DNA of 13,595 bases, filler included. It is 2 parts of 2 records of this genome, joined end to end, with 100 filler letters (N's around TTAATTAATTAA, not from the genome) between each part and the next. Parts side by side here need not be neighbours in the genome. Positions count along the whole stretch, not along the records: positions 1 to 7,719 come from SRR20825010_7311; 1 more part is not named here. One strand, given 5' to 3'. Positions within the stretch are counted from its first letter, which is position 1, and each line of letters starts with the position of its first letter. The notes beneath the pieces were generated by a model. That model worked only from the letters and a program-made list of their open reading frames with translations, searched no databases and was not told the DNA's origin. The position numbers and the translations under genes are program-made. This document shows positions 1 through 7,518 of this stretch, one piece after another.

Positions 1-790
1 GGTGGCCCCCCACGTGGACTACCCCCGCGGCTGGATGAACTACGCCGGTATCTGGGGACGCATGCGGGTCGTCGATCGGCCCGACCGCGTCATCATCCTC
101 GGCACCAACCACTTCGGCACCGGTACCGGCGTGGTCGGCTGCGACAAGGGCTTCTCGACCCCGCTCGGCGAGTCGCCGGCCGATGAGGCCGTCGTCGAGG
201 GCCTCCGCCAGAAACTGGGGGAATCCCTCTATGCCCACCGCTACGACCACGAACGCGAACACTCCATCGAGCTCCAGGTCGCCTGGATCCAGCACTGCCT
301 CGGCACCGGGCCCGACGGCTCGCACTGCAAGGTCTACGGGGCCCTGATCCACGACCCGACCGTCAACAACGGCGAGTCCTACGACGGCAACGGCGTTTCC
401 CTCTCGGCCTTCGTCGAGGCCGTGCGCCAGGTCATCGATGAGCTGCCCGGCAAGACCCTCGTGGTCAGCTCGGCGGACCTGAGCCATGTTGGGCCGATGT
501 TCGGTGACAAGCAACCGCTGATCTCTGAGGACGAGCAGAGCGAGCAGTTCCGGAATTCGGTCGCCAAGACCGACCAGGACCTGCTCGGCATGGTCGCTCA
601 GAACAAGCCCGACGAGCTGATCGGGGCCATGGCCTGGCAGGGCAACCCCACCCGCTGGTGCTCGGTGGGCAACATGGTGGCCGCGATCCAGATCACCCAA
701 CCCGACGAGATCGCGCTGCTCAACTACGCCGGCGCGATGGACCCGCAGGGCATGGGCCTGGTGACCCACGCGTCGATGGTGATGAGGTAA
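1..790 (+). CDS. amrB: MEMO1-family / AmmeMemoRadiSam system protein B (dioxygenase-like fold), 5'-truncated by the window start
   Basis: MEMO-family motifs occur in the expected order: APHVDY, IILGTNH, FSTPLG, HEREHSIELQ, SSADLSHVG, RWCSVG. The frame is open from the window edge, so GTG at 2 is probably an internal Val. Stop TAA at 788-790. Confidence 0.88.
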   Translation, partial: VAPHVDYPRGWMNYAGIWGRMRVVDRPDRVIILGTNHFGTGTGVVGCDKGFSTPLGESPADEAVVEGLRQKLGESLYAHRYDHEREHSIELQVAWIQHCLGTGPDGSHCKVYGALIHDPTVNNGESYDGNGVSLSAFVEAVRQVIDELPGKTLVVSSADLSHVGPMFGDKQPLISEDEQSEQFRNSVAKTDQDLLGMVAQNKPDELIGAMAWQGNPTRWCSVGNMVAAIQITQPDEIALLNYAGAMDPQGMGLVTHASMVMR

Positions 791-794
791 ACCG

Positions 795-1139
795 GTGTCC
801 GGCGGCCCGCTCGGGCTGATGCACTACCTCGGAGTCGCCGGCGCGCTCGCCCTCCTCGTGTGGGGCCTCGTTGTGCTCTGGGCCGCCCGGCACCGGGCGC
901 ACGATGAGCGAGCGTCGATCCCCGTCCTCGGCACTGTCGGGAATCCCACCTGCCTGACCCTCGGTATCTGTCTGTTGGTCTGCAGCTATCACGCCGCGGC
1001 GTACTCGCTGGCCCCGGTGGTCTCGCTGGTGGCGGTCCCCATGGATCGCTGGTGGCTGGTCCTGCTGGCGTGCGCGGTCGCGATCGGGGGCTCGCTGCTG
1101 GCCGACTATCTGGAATCGCGCGAGTCGGAGACCCCGTGA
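795..1139 (+). CDS. Small integral membrane protein of unknown function (114 aa, about 3 predicted TM helices)
   Basis: GAGGT SD at 784-788 precedes GTG 795, 4 nt after the previous stop. Hydrophobic stretches are LGVAGALALLVWGLVVLW, CLTLGICLLVCSY and WWLVLLACAVAIGGSLLA, followed by an acidic tail. ATG 818 is an alternative start. Confidence 0.7.
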   Translation: MSGGPLGLMHYLGVAGALALLVWGLVVLWAARHRAHDERASIPVLGTVGNPTCLTLGICLLVCSYHAAAYSLAPVVSLVAVPMDRWWLVLLACAVAIGGSLLADYLESRESETP

Positions 1140-1292
1140 GATTTACCCAGACCACCACCGCAGGGTCCGCAACCGCGGATCGGGGGGCCGACTGTCACGG
1201 CGGTGTAACGGGGGCCAGCGCGGGGCTTCCGCGGAGGCAACAGTGCCGATAGGTTGCTCGTAGATCAGGTTGGATCCGGGCACAGGCCTCGG

Positions 1293-1393
1293 GTCGTGCG
1301 GCCGGAGCGGTGTGAGTACCATGCCGCTCGTTTGAGCCGGGCTCTCTATGGATGCATGGGGATCTCGGCTCTCAAAGGCGGCCGCGGAACGAC
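1293..1393 (+). promoter_or_regulatory. Candidate structured 5' leader (three-way junction) upstream of pilM
   Basis: Pairing found by eye. Closing stem: GTCGT-GCGGCCG (1293-1304) with CGGCCGC-gga-ACGAC (1379-1393). Internal hairpins at 1305-1329 and 1331-1376. The pilM SD GAGGTG follows at 1412-1417. Confidence 0.35.
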
Positions 1394-1421
1394 GGAAGAA
1401 CGATTGACAGTGAGGTGAGCC

Positions 1422-3596
1422 ATGGCGTCATCGAACGCGTGTTGGGGCATCGAGATCGGGGCGGGAGCGGTCAAGGCGGTCAAGGTCGTCTCTGACGGCG
1501 ACAGCCTCAAGGTCGTGGACTTTGCGCTGATCCCGCACGCCCGGGTGCTCTCGACCCCGGACATCGACCCGGACGACGCCAAGCGCGTGGCCCTCGGGCG
1601 TCTGGTCAGCGAGCACGATCTGAGCAAGGCGCTCGTCGCGGTCAGTGTCCCCGGGCACTCGGCGTTTGCGCGGTTTGCCAAGCTCCCGCCGGTCGAGCCC
1701 AAGAAGGTGCCCGACATCGTCAAGTTCGAGGCGGTCCAGCAGATCCCCTTCCCGCTGGAAGAGGTCGAGTGGGACTACCAGACATTCGTCAGCCCCGACT
1801 CGCCGGATGTCGAGGTCGGCATCTTCGCGATCACCAAGCAGCGCGTCGCGGCCGAGCTGACCGTCCTCAAGGATGTCAACATCACGCCCGACGTGATCAC
1901 CCTCTCCCCGGTCGCGGTCTACAACGCGATGGCCAACGACCTCTCGATGACCGAGAGCTCGCCCGGCACCATCCTGCTCGACGTCGGCACCACCTCGACC
2001 GACCTGGTGATCGCCCACTCCGGACGCGTCTGGGTGCGGACCTTCCCCATCGGTGGGCACGAGTTCACCAACGCGTTGGTCGAGCAGTTCAAGCTCAGCT
2101 ACCCCAAGGCCGAGAAGCTCAAGCGCGAGGCCGAGCAGAGCAAGCACGCCCGCCACGTCTTCCAGGCCCTCCGCCCGGTCTTCAGCGATCTGGTCCAGGA
2201 CGTCCAGCGGTCGATCGGCTACTACCAGTCGATGCACCCGGACGCCAAGCTCGAGCGCCTCATCGGCATGGGCTCGACCTTCGAGCTGCCCGGCCTCCGC
2301 AAGTACCTCAAGCAGCAGCTGGGGCTTAACGTCTACCGGCTGGAGAACTTCAAGAAGCTCACGGTCGAGGGGCCGCGGGCCGCGGAGTTCACCGCCAAGT
2401 CGCTCAACTTCGCCACCGCCTACGGCCTCGCGCTGCAGGGCCTCGGCGAGAGCGCGCTCAACGCCAACCTGATGCCCGTCGCGGTGACCAAGGAAGCGAT
2501 GTGGGCCGCCAAGGGCAAGTGGTTCGCCGCCGCCGCGGGCCTGGCGCTCGTGGCCACCGGCTCGATGTTCATCCGCCCCTTCCTCGACCAGCAGGCGACG
2601 ACGACCGTCGAGCCCAAGGCCATCCAGGAGGCCTCGCGCAAGGCCGACGAGAACACACGCCTCGCCCGTGACGCCGGCGTCACCGAGGACGTCTCGCAGG
2701 GCGCCAAGATCGCCGGGCTCATCGCGCTCTACCAGGACCGCGACACCCACTTGCGGCTGCTGGGCGATGTCAACGAGCTGCTCTCCTCCGCGGCCCGCGC
2801 CGGCAACGGCAACGGCTTCAAGCTGCACGCCATGCACACCGACTATCTCTACGGCGACGTGCCGATCCCGATCCCCGGGATGCAGACCCGCAGGCAGCGG
2901 GGCGGCTCGTCCGCCGGCGAGTTCGAAAGCGAGATGGCACTCATCCCTTCGCAGATGGGCTCACGCAACAACGAACGCGCCATGCGCGAGGGTGGCGGGA
3001 GTTCGGGCTCCATGGAAGAGGCCGAGGCCACCGGCGATACCGGCCCGCGCATCGCGGTCTCGCTCGAGCTCTCCACGACACGCAAGGACTACCCGGTCTT
3101 CGTCGAGGAGGCGGTCGAGCGCTGGCTCCGGCAGAACGCCGTCCGCGACGGCGTGCCGTACTACCTCAAGCTGACCAACGACGACGGCGGGCTCGACTGG
3201 GCGAAGACCCACGAGATCGTCCACGAGGCGGCCGCGACGCTCGACCCCCGGGGCCGGCCCATCGGGCAGAACGCCGACCGCGGCGGGCGTCCCGGTGTGA
3301 TCGGCCGCAGCGCCCCCGGCAACCGGCGCTCACCGGGCCGCGAGGGCGAGTTCAGTGAGTTCGGGGAAGGCCCCGAGGGCGTGGTGCCCGGGCTCAGCAA
3401 TCCGCGGCTCTCCGCCGGCGGCGGCCAGCCGCTGGCCGCGAACGCCGCGCAGGCGCTTTCGCAACTCGAACAGCTCGCGCCGCTGGCGCCGGAAGACGGC
3501 GAACAGCACGCACCGGGCACGGTCGAGACGTTCCTCCGGGTGACGTTCGTGGCGGTGCTCGGCGAAATGCCGGCCGAAGGGGAGGGAGACCAGTAA
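1422..3596 (+). CDS. pilM: Type IV pilus assembly protein PilM (actin/FtsA-like ATPase fold) fused to a PilN-like TM + periplasmic region, 724 aa
   Basis: The N-terminal ~345 aa carry PilM motifs: WGIEIGAGAVKAV, VKFEAVQQIPFPLEEVEWDY, LLDVGTTST, RTFPIGGHEFT, AEKLKRE, VQRSIGYY, LPGL, FATAYGLALQG. These are followed by NANLMP (PilN N-terminal INLLP-like motif, 2460-2477), a TM helix (2520-2573) and a long C-terminal domain. SD GAGGTG at 1412-1417. Confidence 0.9.
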   Translation: MASSNACWGIEIGAGAVKAVKVVSDGDSLKVVDFALIPHARVLSTPDIDPDDAKRVALGRLVSEHDLSKALVAVSVPGHSAFARFAKLPPVEPKKVPDIVKFEAVQQIPFPLEEVEWDYQTFVSPDSPDVEVGIFAITKQRVAAELTVLKDVNITPDVITLSPVAVYNAMANDLSMTESSPGTILLDVGTTSTDLVIAHSGRVWVRTFPIGGHEFTNALVEQFKLSYPKAEKLKREAEQSKHARHVFQALRPVFSDLVQDVQRSIGYYQSMHPDAKLERLIGMGSTFELPGLRKYLKQQLGLNVYRLENFKKLTVEGPRAAEFTAKSLNFATAYGLALQGLGESALNANLMPVAVTKEAMWAAKGKWFAAAAGLALVATGSMFIRPFLDQQATTTVEPKAIQEASRKADENTRLARDAGVTEDVSQGAKIAGLIALYQDRDTHLRLLGDVNELLSSAARAGNGNGFKLHAMHTDYLYGDVPIPIPGMQTRRQRGGSSAGEFESEMALIPSQMGSRNNERAMREGGGSSGSMEEAEATGDTGPRIAVSLELSTTRKDYPVFVEEAVERWLRQNAVRDGVPYYLKLTNDDGGLDWAKTHEIVHEAAATLDPRGRPIGQNADRGGRPGVIGRSAPGNRRSPGREGEFSEFGEGPEGVVPGLSNPRLSAGGGQPLAANAAQALSQLEQLAPLAPEDGEQHAPGTVETFLRVTFVAVLGEMPAEGEGDQ

Positions 3597-4951
3597 TGAA
3601 GGGCATTCTCGGTTGGATCAAATCGCACCTGATCATGGTGGTCTCGACGGTTGTGATCGTCGTGTCCATCCCGCTCGGCTGGATGTTCAGCTCGAAGTGG
3701 AACGCGGACATCCGCGCCAAGCAGGAACAGCGCGTCAGCCAGGCGTACAACAAGGTCAAGAACGCGAAGGTGACCTACGTCATCCCGTCGCTCCTGCCCG
3801 GTGAACAGGCGGTGTCCGAGACCCGGGCGCCCAACCGCTACGTCACCGAGTTCTACGCCGAGCAGCGCAAGGAGCGCGAGGCCCAGGCGGCCGAGGTCGT
3901 CACGACCGTGATCGCCTTCAACAAGAACGGCCACACGCTGCTCGCGCCCGAGCTGCTCCCCGTGCCCAGCAACCGGCAGCAGGAGACCCGGCTCAAGTAC
4001 GAGTTCCTCGACCGGATGGCCGGCGACCCGGTGACCGGCGCGACCACCATCTACAGGGACCTGCTCCGCTCGATCGGCGCCGGCGAGGCCCCGGACCCGG
4101 TCAAGCTCGCCACCACCATTCAGGACCTGCAGACCCGCGAGATGGAGCGCATGATCGCCGAATCCGGCGCCGGCTCGATTTCGCCGGAAGAGCAGGAGCA
4201 GCTCCGCAAGCTGCTCGCCGACCGCCGCCTCGCCGAGGCGCAGCGGCGCGCGCGCGATGTCTCGGTCTTCATGACCATGGCCGCGTTTGACTCGCAGGCG
4301 TTCGGCCCCACCTCGGCGCAGATCCCGCCGGTAGACCAGCGGGCCCGCCCCGCGACGGTCGCGCCGTCGCTGGCCGAGGCGTTCAGTTGGAACTTCGACT
4401 ACTGGGTCGTCAGCGATCTGCTGCGGGCCATCGACAAGGCCAACACCGACGCCGGCGGCACCCGCGCCAACGTCGAGAACGCGCTGGTCAAGCGCGTCGA
4501 GCGGATCGGCGTCGAGGCCCTGCCCCTGACCACAGAGGAGGCCGCGCAGGAGTTTGACTCGTTCGGCCAGGCGATCGAGACCGAGACGTTCGAGGCCTCG
4601 AGCGAGGGCACCGACCCCTCGGTCAGCGTCACCGGCCGCAAGTCCAACGCTGAGTACGACGTGATCAAGGCACGCATGACCCTCGTGGTGGACGCCGAGC
4701 GTCTGCCCCGTCTGTTCAAGGCGTTCTCCGAGACCAACCTGATCACCGTCCTCGACATGGACGTGCGTGAGGTCGACCTCTGGGCCGATCTGCGTCAGGG
4801 CTATTACTACGGCAAGGCACCGGTGGTGCGTGTCGACCTGGAGCTGGAGACCGTCTGGCACCGGGACTGGACCGTGCCGATGATGCCGCAGAGCGTCAAG
4901 AGCGCGCTGGGTGTGGTCGAGAGCGAGACGTCCGACGGCGGCGAGGGCTGA
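3596..4951 (+). CDS. Membrane-anchored protein, probable enlarged PilO/GspM-like platform component (451 aa)
   Basis: TAATG overlap with the pilM stop and a GGAGGGAG SD. An N-terminal TM (LIMVVSTVVIVVSIPLGWMF) is followed by a coiled-coil-like stretch. The C-terminal YDVIKARMTLVVDAERLPRLFKAFSETNLITVLDMDV resembles the PilO/GspM beta-alpha-beta core. The CDS is solid; the PilO assignment is inference from position and pattern. Confidence 0.65.
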   Translation: MKGILGWIKSHLIMVVSTVVIVVSIPLGWMFSSKWNADIRAKQEQRVSQAYNKVKNAKVTYVIPSLLPGEQAVSETRAPNRYVTEFYAEQRKEREAQAAEVVTTVIAFNKNGHTLLAPELLPVPSNRQQETRLKYEFLDRMAGDPVTGATTIYRDLLRSIGAGEAPDPVKLATTIQDLQTREMERMIAESGAGSISPEEQEQLRKLLADRRLAEAQRRARDVSVFMTMAAFDSQAFGPTSAQIPPVDQRARPATVAPSLAEAFSWNFDYWVVSDLLRAIDKANTDAGGTRANVENALVKRVERIGVEALPLTTEEAAQEFDSFGQAIETETFEASSEGTDPSVSVTGRKSNAEYDVIKARMTLVVDAERLPRLFKAFSETNLITVLDMDVREVDLWADLRQGYYYGKAPVVRVDLELETVWHRDWTVPMMPQSVKSALGVVESETSDGGEG

Positions 4952-5024
4952 CAGATCCCCTGCCGGCGCGGGGCGGCCCCCGCGACCGGTCGAAGAGCCG
5001 CGCAGAAGCGCGGGAGTGAACGCA

Positions 5025-7175
5025 ATGAAAAAGAACAAGATCAATCCCCTGGAAGCCCACTTCGAGAAGCTGATTCTCGTGGCGGTCTCGGCCGTGCTCC
5101 TGGCCGTGGTGGCGATGCAGTTTCTCACCCAGCCCAACGCGGTGAAGGTCGGGACCAACCCGACCCCGCTGGCTCCGGACCGCGTGTTCGACCCGATCGA
5201 ACGCGACGCCGAGGCGCTGCTCGCCCAGATGCAGAACAGCAGCCCCACCCTCCCCGAGGTGCCCGACCAGAACGTCGCGGTCCAGTTCGCCGAGGTCTCC
5301 AACCTCGCCGTCGCCGACTCGATCCGGCTCACCGTCATCGGTGAGGGCGTCAGCCTCGAGGCCGCCGAGATCGGCCCCTCCGGCGCCGACGCCGTGACCA
5401 CCTACGTCATGCCGGCCCTGCCCGTGCCCGCCACGCTCGCAGCCGCGACGCACCGGGCCACCATCGACCCCTACACCGCCGTCACCAACACCGCCCTCCG
5501 GGCCTACCTCCCCAAGGAGCAGCCCTTCGACACCGTCGCGGTCAGCGTCGAAGGCACCATCAGCGGCGAGACACTTCTGGCCAGCCTCGAGCAGGACCCC
5601 GACGGCGACAGCGGCCCCATGAGCCAGCTCCCCCTGACCTGGTGGCGCGGCAACATGGAACTCCTCGGGGTCGAGGTCGAACGCGAAGAACTCAGCACCG
5701 GCGGCTCGTGGACCGGGTCCACGCTCATCTCCGGCGTGCCCGGACGCGACACCCTGCTCAGCGAAGCGAGGCGCGACCAGATCACCGCGGCCGAACTGGT
5801 GGACGTTGCCCGCTCGGCCCAGAGCTTTATGCGGGATATCGCCCAGCCCTCTTTCCCGCAGACCGTCGCCGGGCCCGACTGGGTCCGCCCCAGCGAGATG
5901 ACCGAAGACGCCGGCCTCACCGACGAAGAACGCGACATCGCCCGCCTCAAGAGGCAGTACGACTCCCTCCTCAAGCGTCAGGACGGCATCCGCCTCCAGA
6001 TGGAGAACCTCACCGGGAGCTCCGGCGGCGGTGAAGAACGCGGTGGTGGCGGCAGCGGCCGCCGGGGCGGTGGTGGTGAGGGCGGCCAGCCCAACCCGCG
6101 GCCCACGGTCGACCGCGACCAGATCCGCCGCGACAACTTCCAGAAGCAGATCGACGCCCTCGACGGTCAGCTCGCTCGCCTGGCCGACCAGCTGGCCGAT
6201 CTCGGGGCCCCGATCGACGGCACCCCCGACCAGAACGCCCAGAGCAACGAGCCCGAACCGCCCCTCCCCAGCCTGCTCGAGGCCGAGGATCTGCCCGTCT
6301 GGGTCCATGACTTCAGCGCCCAGCCCGGCAAGACCTACCGCTACCGCATGCGCGTGGTGGTCAACAACCCGCTGTTCGCCAAGGAGCAGTTCCTCTCCGA
6401 CGCCCAGAAGCCCGCCGCGGCCTCTCCCACCACCGAGGGTGAGTGGTCCGGCTGGTCCAGCCCGATCCCGGTCGAGAGCGACCGCCACTTCTTCGTGGTC
6501 AGCGGCTCGGAGAACGACGCGCTCGGCAACGGCCCCAGAGCCGCGGTCGAGGTCTACCAGTTCTACTACGGCTACTGGCGCAAGGGCTCGACCACCCTCG
6601 AGCCGGGCGACTCGATCCGGGCCAAGGCCAAGCTGCCCGACAACCTCCTGCTCTGGGACCTGGCCAAGCTCGAAGAACTCGGCCCCAGAACGGGCACCGG
6701 CGGGCGTCCGGCCCCTGGAGCCGGCTGGCGTGAGGGTTTCGAGGGAGGCCCCGAGGGCGGCGGAGACAACCGACGCCTCCTGAACCCCGACCGCGATCCC
6801 CGCGATCCCCGCCAGCCCGCCCAGCCCCGCAACACGGCCGACGCACAGGTCGAGCTGCCCGAGGGTGCCACCAAGGCTCCGGACACGCTGGAGCTGGTCC
6901 ACGCGGCCATGCTGCTCGACGTGATGCCCATGCCCGGCGGGCAGGACAGCACCCGGGTTGTGCTGCGGGACGCCCAGGGACAGCTCATCGCGCGCCTCAC
7001 AGATTCTGAACGGGCGAGCCAATTCTACAAACGGCTGACCAGCAACGCCCGGGAGGGCGAGACCCAGGGTCAGCCCGAACTGGAAGCGAACAACGACCGC
7101 CAAACCCCGCCTCCGTTCGATCCACGACGCCGTGAGGGCGAGATAGACCCCGGGAGAGGCCCGGGCGGCGGTTGA
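5025..7175 (+). CDS. Large membrane-anchored hypothetical protein (716 aa) with a coiled-coil hairpin and a fibronectin-III-like segment; third gene of the pil cluster
   Basis: ATG 5025 with a GGGAG SD at 5012-5016 is preferred over the track start at 4911, which overlaps the upstream gene. Basic N-terminus plus TM (LILVAVSAVLLAVVAMQFL). FN3-like WVHDFSAQPGKTYRYRMRVVVNNPLF...WSGWSSP from 6300. Strong G/C third-position bias. Confidence 0.8.
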   Translation: MKKNKINPLEAHFEKLILVAVSAVLLAVVAMQFLTQPNAVKVGTNPTPLAPDRVFDPIERDAEALLAQMQNSSPTLPEVPDQNVAVQFAEVSNLAVADSIRLTVIGEGVSLEAAEIGPSGADAVTTYVMPALPVPATLAAATHRATIDPYTAVTNTALRAYLPKEQPFDTVAVSVEGTISGETLLASLEQDPDGDSGPMSQLPLTWWRGNMELLGVEVEREELSTGGSWTGSTLISGVPGRDTLLSEARRDQITAAELVDVARSAQSFMRDIAQPSFPQTVAGPDWVRPSEMTEDAGLTDEERDIARLKRQYDSLLKRQDGIRLQMENLTGSSGGGEERGGGGSGRRGGGGEGGQPNPRPTVDRDQIRRDNFQKQIDALDGQLARLADQLADLGAPIDGTPDQNAQSNEPEPPLPSLLEAEDLPVWVHDFSAQPGKTYRYRMRVVVNNPLFAKEQFLSDAQKPAAASPTTEGEWSGWSSPIPVESDRHFFVVSGSENDALGNGPRAAVEVYQFYYGYWRKGSTTLEPGDSIRAKAKLPDNLLLWDLAKLEELGPRTGTGGRPAPGAGWREGFEGGPEGGGDNRRLLNPDRDPRDPRQPAQPRNTADAQVELPEGATKAPDTLELVHAAMLLDVMPMPGGQDSTRVVLRDAQGQLIARLTDSERASQFYKRLTSNAREGETQGQPELEANNDRQTPPPFDPRRREGEIDPGRGPGGG

Positions 7176-7226
7176 CCCGTTGCTGACAAAAGTGCCAAAG
7201 TCGCGCTGAAACAGTGGGACGGGCAC

Positions 7227-7260
7227 TTGACGATTGAAGGGATCGCGCTAGTATCCCGCC
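7227..7260 (+). promoter_or_regulatory. Sigma70-type rRNA promoter
   Basis: -35 TTGACG (7227-7232), 16-nt spacer, -10 TAGTAT (7249-7254) and GC-rich discriminator CCCGCC (7255-7260). This is the architecture typical of rrn promoters. Confidence 0.7.
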
Positions 7261-7337
7261 GCTTCGATACGAGGCGTTCGGACGGCTGCGGAGCCGACCG
7301 GGAGGGTCCGAGGCCGGTTGATCCGGCGGACGACCCC

Positions 7338-7350
7338 AGTTCTTTGACAA
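7338..7350 (+). promoter_or_regulatory. boxA rRNA antitermination element
   Basis: AGTTCTTTGACAA resembles the boxA consensus TGCTCTTTAACA and lies between the promoter and the 23S start. Confidence 0.7.
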
Positions 7351-7518
7351 CCGGGCAGTGACAGTAGAGTTCTGGTCGCCATTGTTCCGGTGGCCAGAAC
7401 GGTAGACGAACAAGTTGCGTCTGAGTGTTATATAGGAAGGTTGTCGCTTACGGCAGCCCTCGTCGCGGTGAGACCATCCGGGAGTCCGGGTGGTGGATCT
7501 TCGGCGTCGGGTTGGCGT

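Noticed and set aside
1245..1252. GCCGATAG, resembling a sigma28/FliA -10 element upstream of pilM
   Set aside because: No TAAA-like -35 at the expected distance (CTTC at 1226-1229), so it cannot be supported from sequence alone.
1404..1409. Perfect TTGACA hexamer
   Set aside because: It is only 12 nt before the pilM start codon. A matching -10 would fall inside the CDS and none is evident.
4911..5024. Track's N-terminal extension of the 754-aa ORF
   Set aside because: It overlaps the upstream gene and encodes low-complexity Arg/Pro/Ala sequence. ATG 5025 has an SD and a proper membrane-anchor N-terminus.
6787..6830. Short imperfect 9-nt tandem repeats (PDRDPRDPRQPAQPR)
   Set aside because: In-frame low-complexity coding sequence with no spacers, so not CRISPR or a mobile repeat.
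1428..7226. Very long minus-strand ORFs (1428-2837, 3161-5401, 4896-7226)
   Set aside because: They are antisense shadows of well-supported plus-strand genes with strong G/C third-position bias. They have no recognisable motifs.
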